Source of the DNA: an uncultured virus (IMG/VR IMGVR_UViG_3300010049_000003)
Lineage: Duplodnaviria; Heunggongvirae; Uroviricota; Caudoviricetes
Direction: 5' to 3' (one strand)
Length of the DNA stretch: 64,000 nucleotides
Virus record (IMG/VR): IMGVR_UViG_3300010049_000003
Positions 10,760-21,191 of the stretch are shown here, in pieces (positions within the stretch are counted from its first letter, which is position 1; the number at the start of each line of letters is the position of its first letter). The notes beneath the pieces were generated by a model that saw nothing but the letters and a program-made list of their open reading frames with translations, was not told the origin of the DNA and ran no database searches. The position numbers and the translations under genes were made by a program.

Positions 10760-11907
10760 CCGGGACATTCCAACAGGTTTTCGGCGGCAATAATATCTAT
10801 CCGGTACAGCCGAGTTATAGCCGTCAGGATTATTCTGCCGCTATTGCGCTGTCGTGGCCGATTGAACAGGCTGTGGCCGGGGCCCTGGTATTAACAGATA
10901 TCGTGGACCTTAACCCCAGCACTGCGGGCCTTACGGTCTCACTGCCGGATGCCCGTCAGGTGTCGACCGGCTACACAGCGCTTTTTAACAATGTTGGCAT
11001 GGTAGAAACCAGTGTCCTTGCTCCCGACGGTACCGTAATAGTTATTCTGGAGTCAGGGACCGTATGGCAGCTTTACCTTACCGATAACTCCACGGCTGCT
11101 GGCGTCTGGCGAGCCTTTCAATTCGGGGTCGGGGTGTCCGAAGCTACGGCTTCTGAACTAGTCGGTGCGGGACTGGTAGTCATTGGCACGACCCTAAATG
11201 AAGAGATATTAGTTAATCCGCAGTCTGCTGACTATACGATAGTCGAGGCGGATCGAGCAACTGCTGTACAGTGGACAGATGGAGTCGGTGCCTTCACTCT
11301 GCCTGATCCTGCCACTGTCGGTAACGGCTGGTTTGTTATAGTAAATAACTCGGGCACCGGAGACTTGACGGTCACGCCAATGGCGGGTGAGATTAGTGGT
11401 CAGGCGTCGGACACGGTTACTCCCACTGGTACTGCATGGTACGTTACCGATGGAACTAATTACTTTGCGTTTAAGGCTCTACAAGGCGCTCCTGGAGCAA
11501 CTGGCCCCGCCGGGCCACAAGGGCCTGCAGGCTCTGCTGGCGCCCCTGGACCCGCAGGCCCTCAAGGTTCTGTCGGAGGGGCAGGGGCTGCAGGTGGTAC
11601 AGGGCCTCCGGGGGCAACTGGAGGTGTGGGGCCAGCAGGACCTGTGGGGCCCGAAGGCCCTCAAGGACCTCCTGGAACAGGAATTGTAGCATCGGGGAAT
11701 ATTGCTCTTAGTGGCGTTCCGCCCACTGCAAATGTGACAGGAACATTTCCCGCCAGTTATTTTGTGCAGCTTACTTTATCCTCAACCCCCTCCGTTGCGA
11801 CCTCACTATGGGCGTCGAATAAAACAACTGCAGGGTTTACAATCAATGCGGCGGCGGAGTCTTATCCCGGTGGGGGTTTAGATGTTTCCTGGATGGTGAC
11901 ATCCTGA
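10756..11907 (+). CDS. Tail fibre protein with collagen-like segment
   Basis: 'TLPDPATVGNGWF.IV.N.G' repeat type plus G-X-Y run near the C-terminus. Confidence 0.7.
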   Translation: MTGTFQQVFGGNNIYPVQPSYSRQDYSAAIALSWPIEQAVAGALVLTDIVDLNPSTAGLTVSLPDARQVSTGYTALFNNVGMVETSVLAPDGTVIVILESGTVWQLYLTDNSTAAGVWRAFQFGVGVSEATASELVGAGLVVIGTTLNEEILVNPQSADYTIVEADRATAVQWTDGVGAFTLPDPATVGNGWFVIVNNSGTGDLTVTPMAGEISGQASDTVTPTGTAWYVTDGTNYFAFKALQGAPGATGPAGPQGPAGSAGAPGPAGPQGSVGGAGAAGGTGPPGATGGVGPAGPVGPEGPQGPPGTGIVASGNIALSGVPPTANVTGTFPASYFVQLTLSSTPSVATSLWASNKTTAGFTINAAAESYPGGGLDVSWMVTS

Positions 11908-13463
11908 TGGCTACCACCAAGCCAGTGCCGATTAAGTCGCTGCCAGGGATCCGGAGGGATGGGACGCAGTTTGATGGGCAGGAGTACACCGATGGCCAAT
12001 GGGTACGATTTTATCGCACTCGTCCTAAGAAGATGGCAGGATATCAGGCAATCACTACTGCCCTACCCGAAGTGGCTCGTGGTATGGATGCTTATCAACA
12101 GAATACTGTTAATTATGTGCACTTGGGAGGAGCCTCCTATCTGACTCAGGTACAGATGACCAATGATGGCATCTTTATGAATCAGACCGATCGGACTCCT
12201 GCCGGGTTTGCTGCAAGTCCGAATAATGTTTGGCAGTTGGATGTAATGTACTCGACTACTGGTGGGGTTAATAATCTTGTTGCTCATGCGGCACAGAATT
12301 TAAACGATCTCACCAGCGGCACTGAAACCCCTATCTATTGGGGGCCGATAATGGATACGACTGTCCTTACGCCTACGTCCATGGCTAATCAGTCGGGTGG
12401 GATAGTGGCTGTATATCCGTATTTGATAACGTATGGCAATTATGGGAGGGTAGATTGTTCGGCCATTAACGATCCTACTGTACCGATTGGGACCGCCGGT
12501 ACTTCTGCAGGTTCGGCCTTCGTTACTGGCCAGAAAATTGTCAAAGGATTGCCCCTGCGTAATGCCGGCGGTCCCGCCTTCTTGCTATGGTCCCTGGACT
12601 CCCTGATCATGGGCCTGTTTAATCCGTTGATTCTGGCAGGCGTGCCATTCAGCTTCAATATAGTATCGGATACTACCTCCATCCTGTCGTCGCAGTGTGT
12701 GATTGAGTATGATGGTATTTACTTCTGGGCAGGGGTGGACCGGTTTCTGATGTTTAATGGAGTGGTACGTGAAGTGCCGAATCAGATGAACTTAGACTTT
12801 TTCTTCACCCGGATTAACATGACCTATCGCGAGAAGGCATTCGTATTTAAAGTCCCCCGGTGGGGGGAAATCTGGTGGTGTTTTCCACTCGATAGCTCGA
12901 CTGAGTGTAATCATGCGGTTATTTATAACATACGTGAGAACTCCTGGTATGATACAGCGTTGCCGGGGGCAGGACGCACGGCAGGGTTGTTTCCGAGTGT
13001 CTACCCGTATCCCCTGTTGACTGAGCCACAGGTGCAGGTATTAGGTGGAAGCCCTGCGATCAACTTCTGGCGGCACGAGTACGGTGTAGATGAGGTAAAT
13101 GGTGTTACTGTGAGACCGATCCCCTCCTACTTCACCAGCGATGAGAAGGAGATTCTGGATCAGGGCCTGGACAAATGTCTACGTGTGGATATCCTCGAGC
13201 CGGATCTGGTGCAGACGGGGGACATGCGGGTAACAGTTACGGGCCGGGCGAATGCGCGTAGCGCGGACAGCGAGAGCCAGAGTGTGGTGTTTACTGATCC
13301 TCAGACCAATGCCCCGCTATCCCCTGACCAGCAGGTGGTGCGATTTAAACAGTCGCGCCGGTTCCTACGTTTTAAGTTTGAATCCAATACCGTCGGTGGT
13401 AACTATTATATGGGTAAGACATTGGCGCACATCGAACCGGCAGAGGGGAGGTTTACACAGTGA
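11907..13463 (+). CDS. Putative tail nozzle / DNA stabilisation protein
   Basis: 518 aa beta-rich; 'PGIRRDGT..W(V)RF', 'GEIWWCFP...EC..AVIYN..EN.WY'; lies between fibre and ejection genes. Confidence 0.6.
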   Translation: MATTKPVPIKSLPGIRRDGTQFDGQEYTDGQWVRFYRTRPKKMAGYQAITTALPEVARGMDAYQQNTVNYVHLGGASYLTQVQMTNDGIFMNQTDRTPAGFAASPNNVWQLDVMYSTTGGVNNLVAHAAQNLNDLTSGTETPIYWGPIMDTTVLTPTSMANQSGGIVAVYPYLITYGNYGRVDCSAINDPTVPIGTAGTSAGSAFVTGQKIVKGLPLRNAGGPAFLLWSLDSLIMGLFNPLILAGVPFSFNIVSDTTSILSSQCVIEYDGIYFWAGVDRFLMFNGVVREVPNQMNLDFFFTRINMTYREKAFVFKVPRWGEIWWCFPLDSSTECNHAVIYNIRENSWYDTALPGAGRTAGLFPSVYPYPLLTEPQVQVLGGSPAINFWRHEYGVDEVNGVTVRPIPSYFTSDEKEILDQGLDKCLRVDILEPDLVQTGDMRVTVTGRANARSADSESQSVVFTDPQTNAPLSPDQQVVRFKQSRRFLRFKFESNTVGGNYYMGKTLAHIEPAEGRFTQ

Positions 13464-13696
13464 TCGATCCCCGGGGCACGGTGGATGTGAAACAGTGGGC
13501 GGATTTCATCACCCTGCCCCTGATGAGTGCCCTGGGGATCGTGGCACGGCGACTTGATAATGCTCAGGACTGGCCGGTGTGGGCCTTTGATCTGATGCAG
13601 GACCAGAAGCTACAAAGCACAATTGTTGCCGATCCCCGGGGATTTTCTGACTGGCGAGACTGGGCGGAGAGATTTAATCAGGTAGTACCGTACTGA
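13460..13696 (+). CDS. Small Trp-rich hypothetical virion protein
   Basis: Coupled overlaps at both ends; repeated DPRG and W..WA motifs. Confidence 0.65.
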   Translation: MIDPRGTVDVKQWADFITLPLMSALGIVARRLDNAQDWPVWAFDLMQDQKLQSTIVADPRGFSDWRDWAERFNQVVPY

Positions 13697-16359
13697 TGTC
13701 ACTACTTACTCCACAAGAATCGGCAATTATCCAGCTAAGTGGTGGCCTGGGTAACCTGGGTGGTGTACCCGGGATGGGCAATGTGGGTTCCGGTGTGGGT
13801 GCTCTGCAGGGCCTATCATCCGGGACTCCGATGGGCACCATTTCTGGGCTTGCTAACCTTACAAAGCTGGCTGGAAATACTGGTGCACTGGGGAGCCTGG
13901 GAGTAAATCCTGGCACGGCTAGTAGTATCAACACGGGTGCGACCGGGGCGCTTGATGTTCTTGGGGTCATCCAAGGGCTTCAACGGGGTGGGATTGGGGG
14001 CTATGGACAGGCTATTGGGTCCGGTCTACAGGGTGCGGGGCTGTTGACGGGGGATTCGGCCCTGTCGAACCTTGGCGGTTACATCACCGCTCCGCTGGCT
14101 GTTTATAACGCTATAAAGAATTGGCGGTCAGGTGATACCCTCTCCGATGCTCTGGGCGGTGCCGAGGCGGGTGCGGCCATTGGTTCAGTGGTACCGATTC
14201 TTGGGACAGGGATCGGGGCTTTGATCGGTGGTGGCATTGGGGCCATTAGCTCAGCGTTTGGTGGTGGCAAACCTGATCCGGAGACCACTAACTGGAATCA
14301 ATATGCATCACAAGTTGGCCAGTTGTCGCCAACGCAACAAGCGCAGGTGGCCCAGAGCCTATCTCCTGCGCAAGCATACCAGAACCTTGCGGGGGTGATG
14401 GATGCTAAAAACAACACTCCAGGGCACTCAGAGTCCATCGAGCAAGTGTTTGGCCGAATGGGCGAACAAAACATGATGGACCAGTTGACATCCGAAATCA
14501 ATAAGGCTGTCGGTTCTGGCCAGATTACGCCCGGGGAATCTGTTGCCCAACAGTGGTCCCAGACTTTAAACCCATGGTTACAATCAAAGGGGGTTAATTG
14601 GAATCCCTCACAAACCACATCGCAGGGATCGCCAGAGACGGCGGCCCTACAGGGTGATATTCAGTCCCTGGTAGGCTCCTACGAGAGCGGACAGCTCAAT
14701 CCACAGAGTGCAGTAGGTGTGTCGGGACAGAATATAGCGGGCATGGCTCCGTTTGCTGGCCTGGGTACGTCGGGGTGGGGCCCGGTTTCCAATCTGACTC
14801 CGGCGCAGCAGGCGGCCTCCACAAGTACTCCAGGGGCGTCGGCAGCTTCCTATATGAATCCCTCGATAAAGTTAGCGGCAGAAGGTGGATCTATGCGTGA
14901 CCAACAATTGCGCGACATTTATGCTGGCCCGCCTTTCGAGCTTCGAAAGAAGCATTATGATGACGGTGGGTATGTACAGTATGCGGGGGGTTTTACTCCC
15001 TCCACCCTGTCACAGGCTGCTGGTCTCACAGGAGTCCCCGCCGATGTTCCGCAGCTTTCTTCGCAATTGGCTTCTGCGCCATCAACGTCTGCTGATTCCT
15101 TAAACTATGTTGGGAATTACAACCCCGAGACCGGGACGACAAGTGGGTTAGGTACTTCGTTGTCTCCATATACCGGCAGCCAACAGCAGTATACTCAGGC
15201 GGTGCAGGAGCTGGCGCAATCAAATCCGCAGTTCTTACAGCAAATGGGGGTAACCCCAGTAGGTGGGCAACAGACATTAGGTGGTAATCTACAGAAAATG
15301 CTGACCGGCTTTGGGATACCGGCTGGGGCTGCGAGCACATTGACCAGTCTTGCGCCATTGTTGCCATTTATTTATGCCTTATCGGGTGGGAATAAACAGC
15401 CGTCTGCCCCTGCCCTGCCAGCGCAATACGGTAGCGGGGCCGGTGCAGGGATAACTCCACCGAGCTATTCACGGCAGACGAACCCGGTCTACAATAATAT
15501 GAACATGAACCAGTGGCTGACATCTGCGCAGCAACCGGGAGGGATGCCGCAGTTCTACACAAACAATATGCTACCGGCTACTGCGAATTCTGCTCCAAAC
15601 CAGCAGGCGATGTGGGCTGCCGGTCAGGCAGGGATGCCAATATCTATGACCGGAGGCACTGGTGGGCAGATTGCTGGAATGGGACCGGGGAGTGGCATGG
15701 GCATGGGGCCGATGCCCGGTGGTGGGATGCCGCAGGGCGGCGGGCCATTGGGGATGGTTGGAAACCCCATGGGTGCCAGTATCATAGGACAGCTTGAGAG
15801 TCAGTTAGGAGGCCTGTCAGGTTCCCTGGGTCAGCCTGGAAATTTAAGCTATCTTGCAGGGTCCATGCCTCAGCAGTCTTACGCGGGCCCGGGGATGGGC
15901 GGTGCCAGCTTCTCGCCCGCAATGCAACAGGCCATAAATGCTTATGGCCTCAATCCAACGCTCCGTACGACTCCTGGGCTTTACCAGCGTGGCGGCCCAG
16001 TGATGCCTTCGGTGCCATTTACGACTGGTGCCCACCTCGGTATGGGCCAGAACATGATGTACCGGGCTAAGGGCGGCTATACCGGTGAAGGGTATGCCAG
16101 CCATATTGGCCCGGGGTATGCTCAGGGACCAGGAGATGGCACCAGTGATAATATTAATGCTAAGTTGTCTGATGGCGAGTATGTGGTTGATGCGCCAACT
16201 GTATCACTGCTTGGCAATGGATCCAATGACGCCGGGGCGCAGAAGCTGGACCAGATGCGGGCAAATGTGCGCAGGCATGCTGGCCGGAAGCTGGTGCGGG
16301 GTAAGCAACCGATGCATGCTAAGGCGCCGGAACAATATATAGGTGCGGGGTATCAGTAA
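13696..16359 (+). CDS. Putative ejection/internal virion protein
   Basis: 887 aa; Gly-zipper N-terminal region; four xxGG motifs; C-terminal 'GPGDGTSD.I.A.LSDGEYVV' domain. Confidence 0.7.
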   Translation: MSLLTPQESAIIQLSGGLGNLGGVPGMGNVGSGVGALQGLSSGTPMGTISGLANLTKLAGNTGALGSLGVNPGTASSINTGATGALDVLGVIQGLQRGGIGGYGQAIGSGLQGAGLLTGDSALSNLGGYITAPLAVYNAIKNWRSGDTLSDALGGAEAGAAIGSVVPILGTGIGALIGGGIGAISSAFGGGKPDPETTNWNQYASQVGQLSPTQQAQVAQSLSPAQAYQNLAGVMDAKNNTPGHSESIEQVFGRMGEQNMMDQLTSEINKAVGSGQITPGESVAQQWSQTLNPWLQSKGVNWNPSQTTSQGSPETAALQGDIQSLVGSYESGQLNPQSAVGVSGQNIAGMAPFAGLGTSGWGPVSNLTPAQQAASTSTPGASAASYMNPSIKLAAEGGSMRDQQLRDIYAGPPFELRKKHYDDGGYVQYAGGFTPSTLSQAAGLTGVPADVPQLSSQLASAPSTSADSLNYVGNYNPETGTTSGLGTSLSPYTGSQQQYTQAVQELAQSNPQFLQQMGVTPVGGQQTLGGNLQKMLTGFGIPAGAASTLTSLAPLLPFIYALSGGNKQPSAPALPAQYGSGAGAGITPPSYSRQTNPVYNNMNMNQWLTSAQQPGGMPQFYTNNMLPATANSAPNQQAMWAAGQAGMPISMTGGTGGQIAGMGPGSGMGMGPMPGGGMPQGGGPLGMVGNPMGASIIGQLESQLGGLSGSLGQPGNLSYLAGSMPQQSYAGPGMGGASFSPAMQQAINAYGLNPTLRTTPGLYQRGGPVMPSVPFTTGAHLGMGQNMMYRAKGGYTGEGYASHIGPGYAQGPGDGTSDNINAKLSDGEYVVDAPTVSLLGNGSNDAGAQKLDQMRANVRRHAGRKLVRGKQPMHAKAPEQYIGAGYQ

Positions 16360-17517
16360 ATGTCTACCTCACCCAATGTGATGCAGCAATTGCTCGGCGG
16401 GCAGGCTCCGCCTGCTGTGAACACCTATGCACAGAACTTGACGTCCGTCCCGACATGGATGATGAACGACGTCAATTCGTATCTGGCACAGGCGCAGTCT
16501 GTTGCGGGCCAACCATACCAGTCGTTCCCCGGGCCGCAGGTGGCACCGTGGACTCCTGATCAGGTACAGGCTCAGCAGCAGGTTGAGAATATGCAGGGGG
16601 GCTATCAGCCCTACATGTCGGCGGCGACCGGCGCCACCGCCAATGCCCTGAACCCGATGAGTTTTAATGCTGCTGAGGCATTCTTGCCGGGGGCTACATC
16701 CGCCATTTATGGTGGGATGATGCCGTCGCAGGCGATGATGAATCCCTACATCGGTAATGTAATCGGGCAGGCTGAAGATCAGGCTATGCAGATGTGGGGC
16801 AATCAGATCATGCCCTCCATCAATAACCAGTTTGTGGCGGCGGGTCAGCCACAGTCATCTGGTAACATGTCGGCCCTGGCCCAGGCTGGCAAGCAGGTAA
16901 CGCAGAATATACAGGATACTGCGGGGGCCGCTCTCGCGAGTGGTTACCAGCAGGCGCAACAGGCAGGGTTGTCAGGTGGACAGGCCCTTGGAAATCTGTC
17001 GCAATTGCAGGGCGGACTGGGCTACGAGCAGGGCATCCTCGGTCTACAAGGTGCGGGTTCTTATGGCAACCTAGGGCAACTTGGCCAATCCCTGGGCCTG
17101 ACCGGTGCCGGGGCTCTGTACAACATGGGCCAGCAACAACAACAGCAGGGCCAGCAAAACCTAAATACTGCATATCAGAACTGGTACAACCAGACACAGT
17201 ACCCGCAATCGCAACTGCAGTTCGTGTCGGGCCTGACGGCGGGGTCGGCCAGTCCTTACACGACCGGGGCGGCGACTACCACTGCCAACGCGGGATATCT
17301 CCCCGGATCTACATATGGCCCGTCGCCGCTTAACGCGTCGCTGGGCATGTATACCGGCATGAATGCGCCGATGGGTACGCCTTATCCGGGAAGCTCCATT
17401 GCTCCATACATGGGCACCGGTGCCCCTAATCCGATGGTCTCTGGTTCTTATAATCCTTATTCTACATCTAACTACCAGACCGCGAATACCATGGGCGGCG
17501 GGATGTATTACACATGA
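16360..17517 (+). CDS. Putative DNA transfer/ejection protein
   Basis: Gln/Gly/Ala-rich helical protein; 'PYQ...GPQVA....Q', 'YP.QLQF'. Confidence 0.65.
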   Translation: MSTSPNVMQQLLGGQAPPAVNTYAQNLTSVPTWMMNDVNSYLAQAQSVAGQPYQSFPGPQVAPWTPDQVQAQQQVENMQGGYQPYMSAATGATANALNPMSFNAAEAFLPGATSAIYGGMMPSQAMMNPYIGNVIGQAEDQAMQMWGNQIMPSINNQFVAAGQPQSSGNMSALAQAGKQVTQNIQDTAGAALASGYQQAQQAGLSGGQALGNLSQLQGGLGYEQGILGLQGAGSYGNLGQLGQSLGLTGAGALYNMGQQQQQQGQQNLNTAYQNWYNQTQYPQSQLQFVSGLTAGSASPYTTGAATTTANAGYLPGSTYGPSPLNASLGMYTGMNAPMGTPYPGSSIAPYMGTGAPNPMVSGSYNPYSTSNYQTANTMGGGMYYT

Positions 17518-19061
17518 GACTGTTTCAACAGCAACAGGATGACATGTTGCCTCAGGGCAGCAGTGGCGGTGACACCTCTCTGGGGGAACTTGCAGAACTT
17601 GCGAGTCTTACGGGGCCGGTGTCGCCACAGGCACAGCAGCAGGCGCTGGACATTCTCGAGAGGTACAAGAAGGGTGACTTTACCAAGGGCGAAGAGAGCC
17701 TTCTCAATGAGTATCAGGGAGTTACTAGCAGGGCGGCGCAGGCGTTGAAGGATGCCCGGGACCGGCTGGCGAACACGCAATATGACCCTGCCCAAGGCCA
17801 GTTGCTGGCGGCGCAGGCGCTGATGCAGGGTAACCGCTCCGGGTCTTCCTGGGAGGGCATGGGTAATGCTTTTGGGGCGCTCGCGGGTGCCCGCGCCCGG
17901 GCACAGGAGTTTGAACTCGGGAAGCAGAAGCAGCTTGCTGATTATGATGTAGCTATCCCTGGGATGGACGAGAAGCTCTTGAACGCCAAGTTACAGTTGC
18001 AGGAAATGCACGAGCGGATGGATACGCAGTTGGCTGAGCGCGCCCTGATGATGCTGCGTGCTTCCGGCGCTGCTGGCCTAAAGCCGTCGCTGCAGAAGAT
18101 TAAGACCAAGGATGGCCAGGAGCAGTTTGTATATGTCACTCCCCAGGGCTATCAGCCAGTGGGTAAACCTTTTGGTCCAGATAATTCCCCTGACCCAGTA
18201 CAGGCGCAGGCGATCCGTGATTACAAGCAGGCACCGCCTACCGCAACCGCTATAGCAAGGAGTCCTAAGCTTGCGGCCACGTGGGATCTGGCACAGACGT
18301 TGCAGGGGCCTGATGCAGCGTATGGAGGACAGCCACGGTTTGCTGCTTACCAGCAGGCGATGAAGAATTGGGAAGGATCTGGCCAGAATGCCCAGACCAT
18401 CCAGCGTTTCAATACCGCTCTCGGGCACCTGCATGACTCCGTCAACTGGGCAGGCGACCTTGCCAATGGTGATATGACTCCTATAAATAAGGTAAAAAAC
18501 TGGTGGCGGACTAACATGCAGGGTAAGCCGGAGCCGAGCGTGTTTAACGCTACGAAACAGATGGTGTCCACTGAAGTCATTGCGTCACTGGTCCAACGTG
18601 GTGGCACCGGTGAAGAGCGTATGCATCTGGAACAGGCACTGGATTCTGCTAAGAATTATGAAACTTTGCGGGATGTAGCGATGGCTGAGCGTGAATTGAT
18701 GGCTCAACGCCTAGATAAGATGCGGTTTCAATTCAAGAACGAGGTGTTTGGCACGGATGAGGATTTTGACAGACAGTTTGTACCCCCCGAGACTAAGCAA
18801 GCGATGGACGAGGCCGCACAGGCACGGGCGAAGAGGGAGGGACGACAACTTTCGGATGATGAAATACTTAGGAAATGGCTTACTGGACCACCGAAGACAG
18901 AGCCACGTAAACAGGGCGCGCTTGCAACCTCGCCGCCGACAGGGGCGACTGCGCCGGCGACCCCTGGTAGTTATGCTGCTGAGACTCAGACCACCCCGTA
19001 TACTCCTGCGCAGCAGGCAGATATGATGCGACGTCAGGAAGCATTGTCAGGACCACCATAA
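17514..19061 (+). CDS. Putative ejection protein
   Basis: 515 aa helical ORF coupled to both neighbours in the ejection cluster. Confidence 0.6.
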   Translation: MRLFQQQQDDMLPQGSSGGDTSLGELAELASLTGPVSPQAQQQALDILERYKKGDFTKGEESLLNEYQGVTSRAAQALKDARDRLANTQYDPAQGQLLAAQALMQGNRSGSSWEGMGNAFGALAGARARAQEFELGKQKQLADYDVAIPGMDEKLLNAKLQLQEMHERMDTQLAERALMMLRASGAAGLKPSLQKIKTKDGQEQFVYVTPQGYQPVGKPFGPDNSPDPVQAQAIRDYKQAPPTATAIARSPKLAATWDLAQTLQGPDAAYGGQPRFAAYQQAMKNWEGSGQNAQTIQRFNTALGHLHDSVNWAGDLANGDMTPINKVKNWWRTNMQGKPEPSVFNATKQMVSTEVIASLVQRGGTGEERMHLEQALDSAKNYETLRDVAMAERELMAQRLDKMRFQFKNEVFGTDEDFDRQFVPPETKQAMDEAAQARAKREGRQLSDDEILRKWLTGPPKTEPRKQGALATSPPTGATAPATPGSYAAETQTTPYTPAQQADMMRRQEALSGPP

Positions 19062-21112
19062 TGGCTGATCCGACTACTCCTTTTATCCAGTCCGATGACG
19101 AGGCGCATCGGGTCGCTAACCTATTGCAGCAGGGGAAGATAACGGGTGCTGACGCCGACCGCGCACGACAGGCCCTTCGTATCTACACACAGGCTGCACA
19201 GTCTGGGGATAAGGATATCCCTGCCTACCATGCGGGGTTATCTGACGTCGCCCGGGACATAATGAAAGGGGCTTCATTCAACTGGCTTCCTGGCAAGGAA
19301 ACGGAATCCCGGCAACGGGCGGCACAATTTACACAGGAGCATCCTGCGGGGAGCTTTGGGCTCGAAGCCTTAGGCGGTATAGGTACCGGTGCAGCTACAG
19401 CTTATGGATTACGTAGATTAGCACAACATGCTCCTAATACTAGGCTAGGGCGATTGGCAGGAGTATTGTCACTGGCCGATCAGGCGGCATCGCGGACACC
19501 TATTTCCACTGGCCAGTCTATAAAGCGTGGCGCTTTGCTTGGTGGTGGTGCCGGGGCCCTGGCTGGCGCTGGCTCTACGCCTACTTATGATCCCGCTGAT
19601 ATGGCATCGGCGGCAGCGGTGCAGGGTGGTATTGGTACTGTGTTGGGGCCGCTCCAGGGTTTAGGTATGAAGTATGGCCTGATTGGCCCTGCTGGGAAGC
19701 TTATAAATAGGCTGCGGGGCGTAGAGCCTACCCCTGGCGGTGCAGCGGTGGCGAAAGCGATGAGTGCCGACCAGATTTCGCCCCGGCGTCTACAATGGGA
19801 GCTTGATAGAGCAAACCGTACCGGAGCGCCTTCTACTGTTAGTGACGTCGGTGGGCCCAATGTACAGGCTTTGGCGCGGGCGGTGGCATCCAAGCCTGGG
19901 CAACAGGTGGACCAGATGACAGCCGACCTGGCACGGCGAAACGAAGACGCTCCTAGTAGGGTTACACAGCTCGTTCAGCGATTCCTGCGGCCTGTGCCAT
20001 ATGGCGACGAGTTGCGACGGTTGACCGATAACCTATATACCCAGGCGCGGCCAATGTATCAACAGGCGTATGCACAATTTCCAGCGTTACAGTCACAGTC
20101 AGTCCGAGCTTTGCTGAATAATAAGTGGGGCCTACAGGCGTTGAGGCAGGCCAATAATCTCATGAAGGCAGAGGGTTTAACAGCCCCCAAGAAAGATGCC
20201 ACCGAATTTTCGCTGCAATACCTGGACTATGTCAAACGAGCAATGGATGATCAGATTAGTAAAGCGGAGCGTGGCGGCTCTAACCAACTTGGTTGGACGT
20301 TACGCCATATGCGTGATAATCTACGGGATGAAGTAGATAGGTTGACGACTGGTCCGCAGGGGCAGCCCTCACCGTATGCCGCAGCTAGAGCACAATACGC
20401 CGGGGACCTGGAAGTACGAGATGCGCTATTAAATGGGCGGACTCAGTTTGGGGGCCCGGGTGTTAAGTGGTCGCCTGATGAATTGACTAACAATATACGC
20501 CGCATGTCGTTGGCCGAGCGCGATGCTTTCCGGTCTGGGGCGGCGGAATCCTTGTTACAAAAAATAGCCGGCTCCGAGTCCATGTCGGAGGCGCAGCGAA
20601 TAAACCCTGCTCAGTCGGTGCTTTCTAATCGTGGAGTAGCGCAGCGCCTACAGGCTCTGTTCACTAGCCCTTCAGAATACCGGCAATTTGTATCTGCGTT
20701 GCAGCAGGAGATGGATAATTTTGCTCGTGCCCGGGGGGTGATGGCTTCCGGGGCAGCGGGTAGGACGGCTGCAGCAGCCAGGGGTGTGGGTTCTCCGACG
20801 CTTGGGGAGTTAGGCCACGCGGCTACAATGTTTGCCACTGGTCACTGGCCATCAGCAGCTACCAGTCTCGGGCGGGCCCTGGCCCCCCACCTTGCTCCCG
20901 AGGGTGTCACGGAGCAGGCAGCAGAATTGCTGCGTAGTGGCAGCCCCGATGCGCTGCGGGCACTCTATAATCAGGTGGGTCCCTTTACTAACCGGCAGTT
21001 GTTTGGTAATCTTGCATCCCTGGGCTCGATCCCCGGGGGGATTACGGCTGCGAGTGGGACTCTGACGGGTCCTCGTCCGGAGGACGTGCCCGTCGGGGGG
21101 CCGTCGCCGTGA
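19061..21112 (+). CDS. Putative DNA transfer protein (large ejection protein)
   Basis: 683 aa; Gly-zipper segments; 'A.P.Y.QAY', 'LDYVKRAMDDQI', 'YAAARAQYAG'. Confidence 0.65.
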   Translation: MADPTTPFIQSDDEAHRVANLLQQGKITGADADRARQALRIYTQAAQSGDKDIPAYHAGLSDVARDIMKGASFNWLPGKETESRQRAAQFTQEHPAGSFGLEALGGIGTGAATAYGLRRLAQHAPNTRLGRLAGVLSLADQAASRTPISTGQSIKRGALLGGGAGALAGAGSTPTYDPADMASAAAVQGGIGTVLGPLQGLGMKYGLIGPAGKLINRLRGVEPTPGGAAVAKAMSADQISPRRLQWELDRANRTGAPSTVSDVGGPNVQALARAVASKPGQQVDQMTADLARRNEDAPSRVTQLVQRFLRPVPYGDELRRLTDNLYTQARPMYQQAYAQFPALQSQSVRALLNNKWGLQALRQANNLMKAEGLTAPKKDATEFSLQYLDYVKRAMDDQISKAERGGSNQLGWTLRHMRDNLRDEVDRLTTGPQGQPSPYAAARAQYAGDLEVRDALLNGRTQFGGPGVKWSPDELTNNIRRMSLAERDAFRSGAAESLLQKIAGSESMSEAQRINPAQSVLSNRGVAQRLQALFTSPSEYRQFVSALQQEMDNFARARGVMASGAAGRTAAAARGVGSPTLGELGHAATMFATGHWPSAATSLGRALAPHLAPEGVTEQAAELLRSGSPDALRALYNQVGPFTNRQLFGNLASLGSIPGGITAASGTLTGPRPEDVPVGGPSP

Positions 21113-21191
21113 CCGTCCCTCGTCGCACCCGCCGCTCTCGTTTGGGGAGTGATCCCGTGTGGCCCGTCTCTGAAACGAAGGGGCACCGAAA

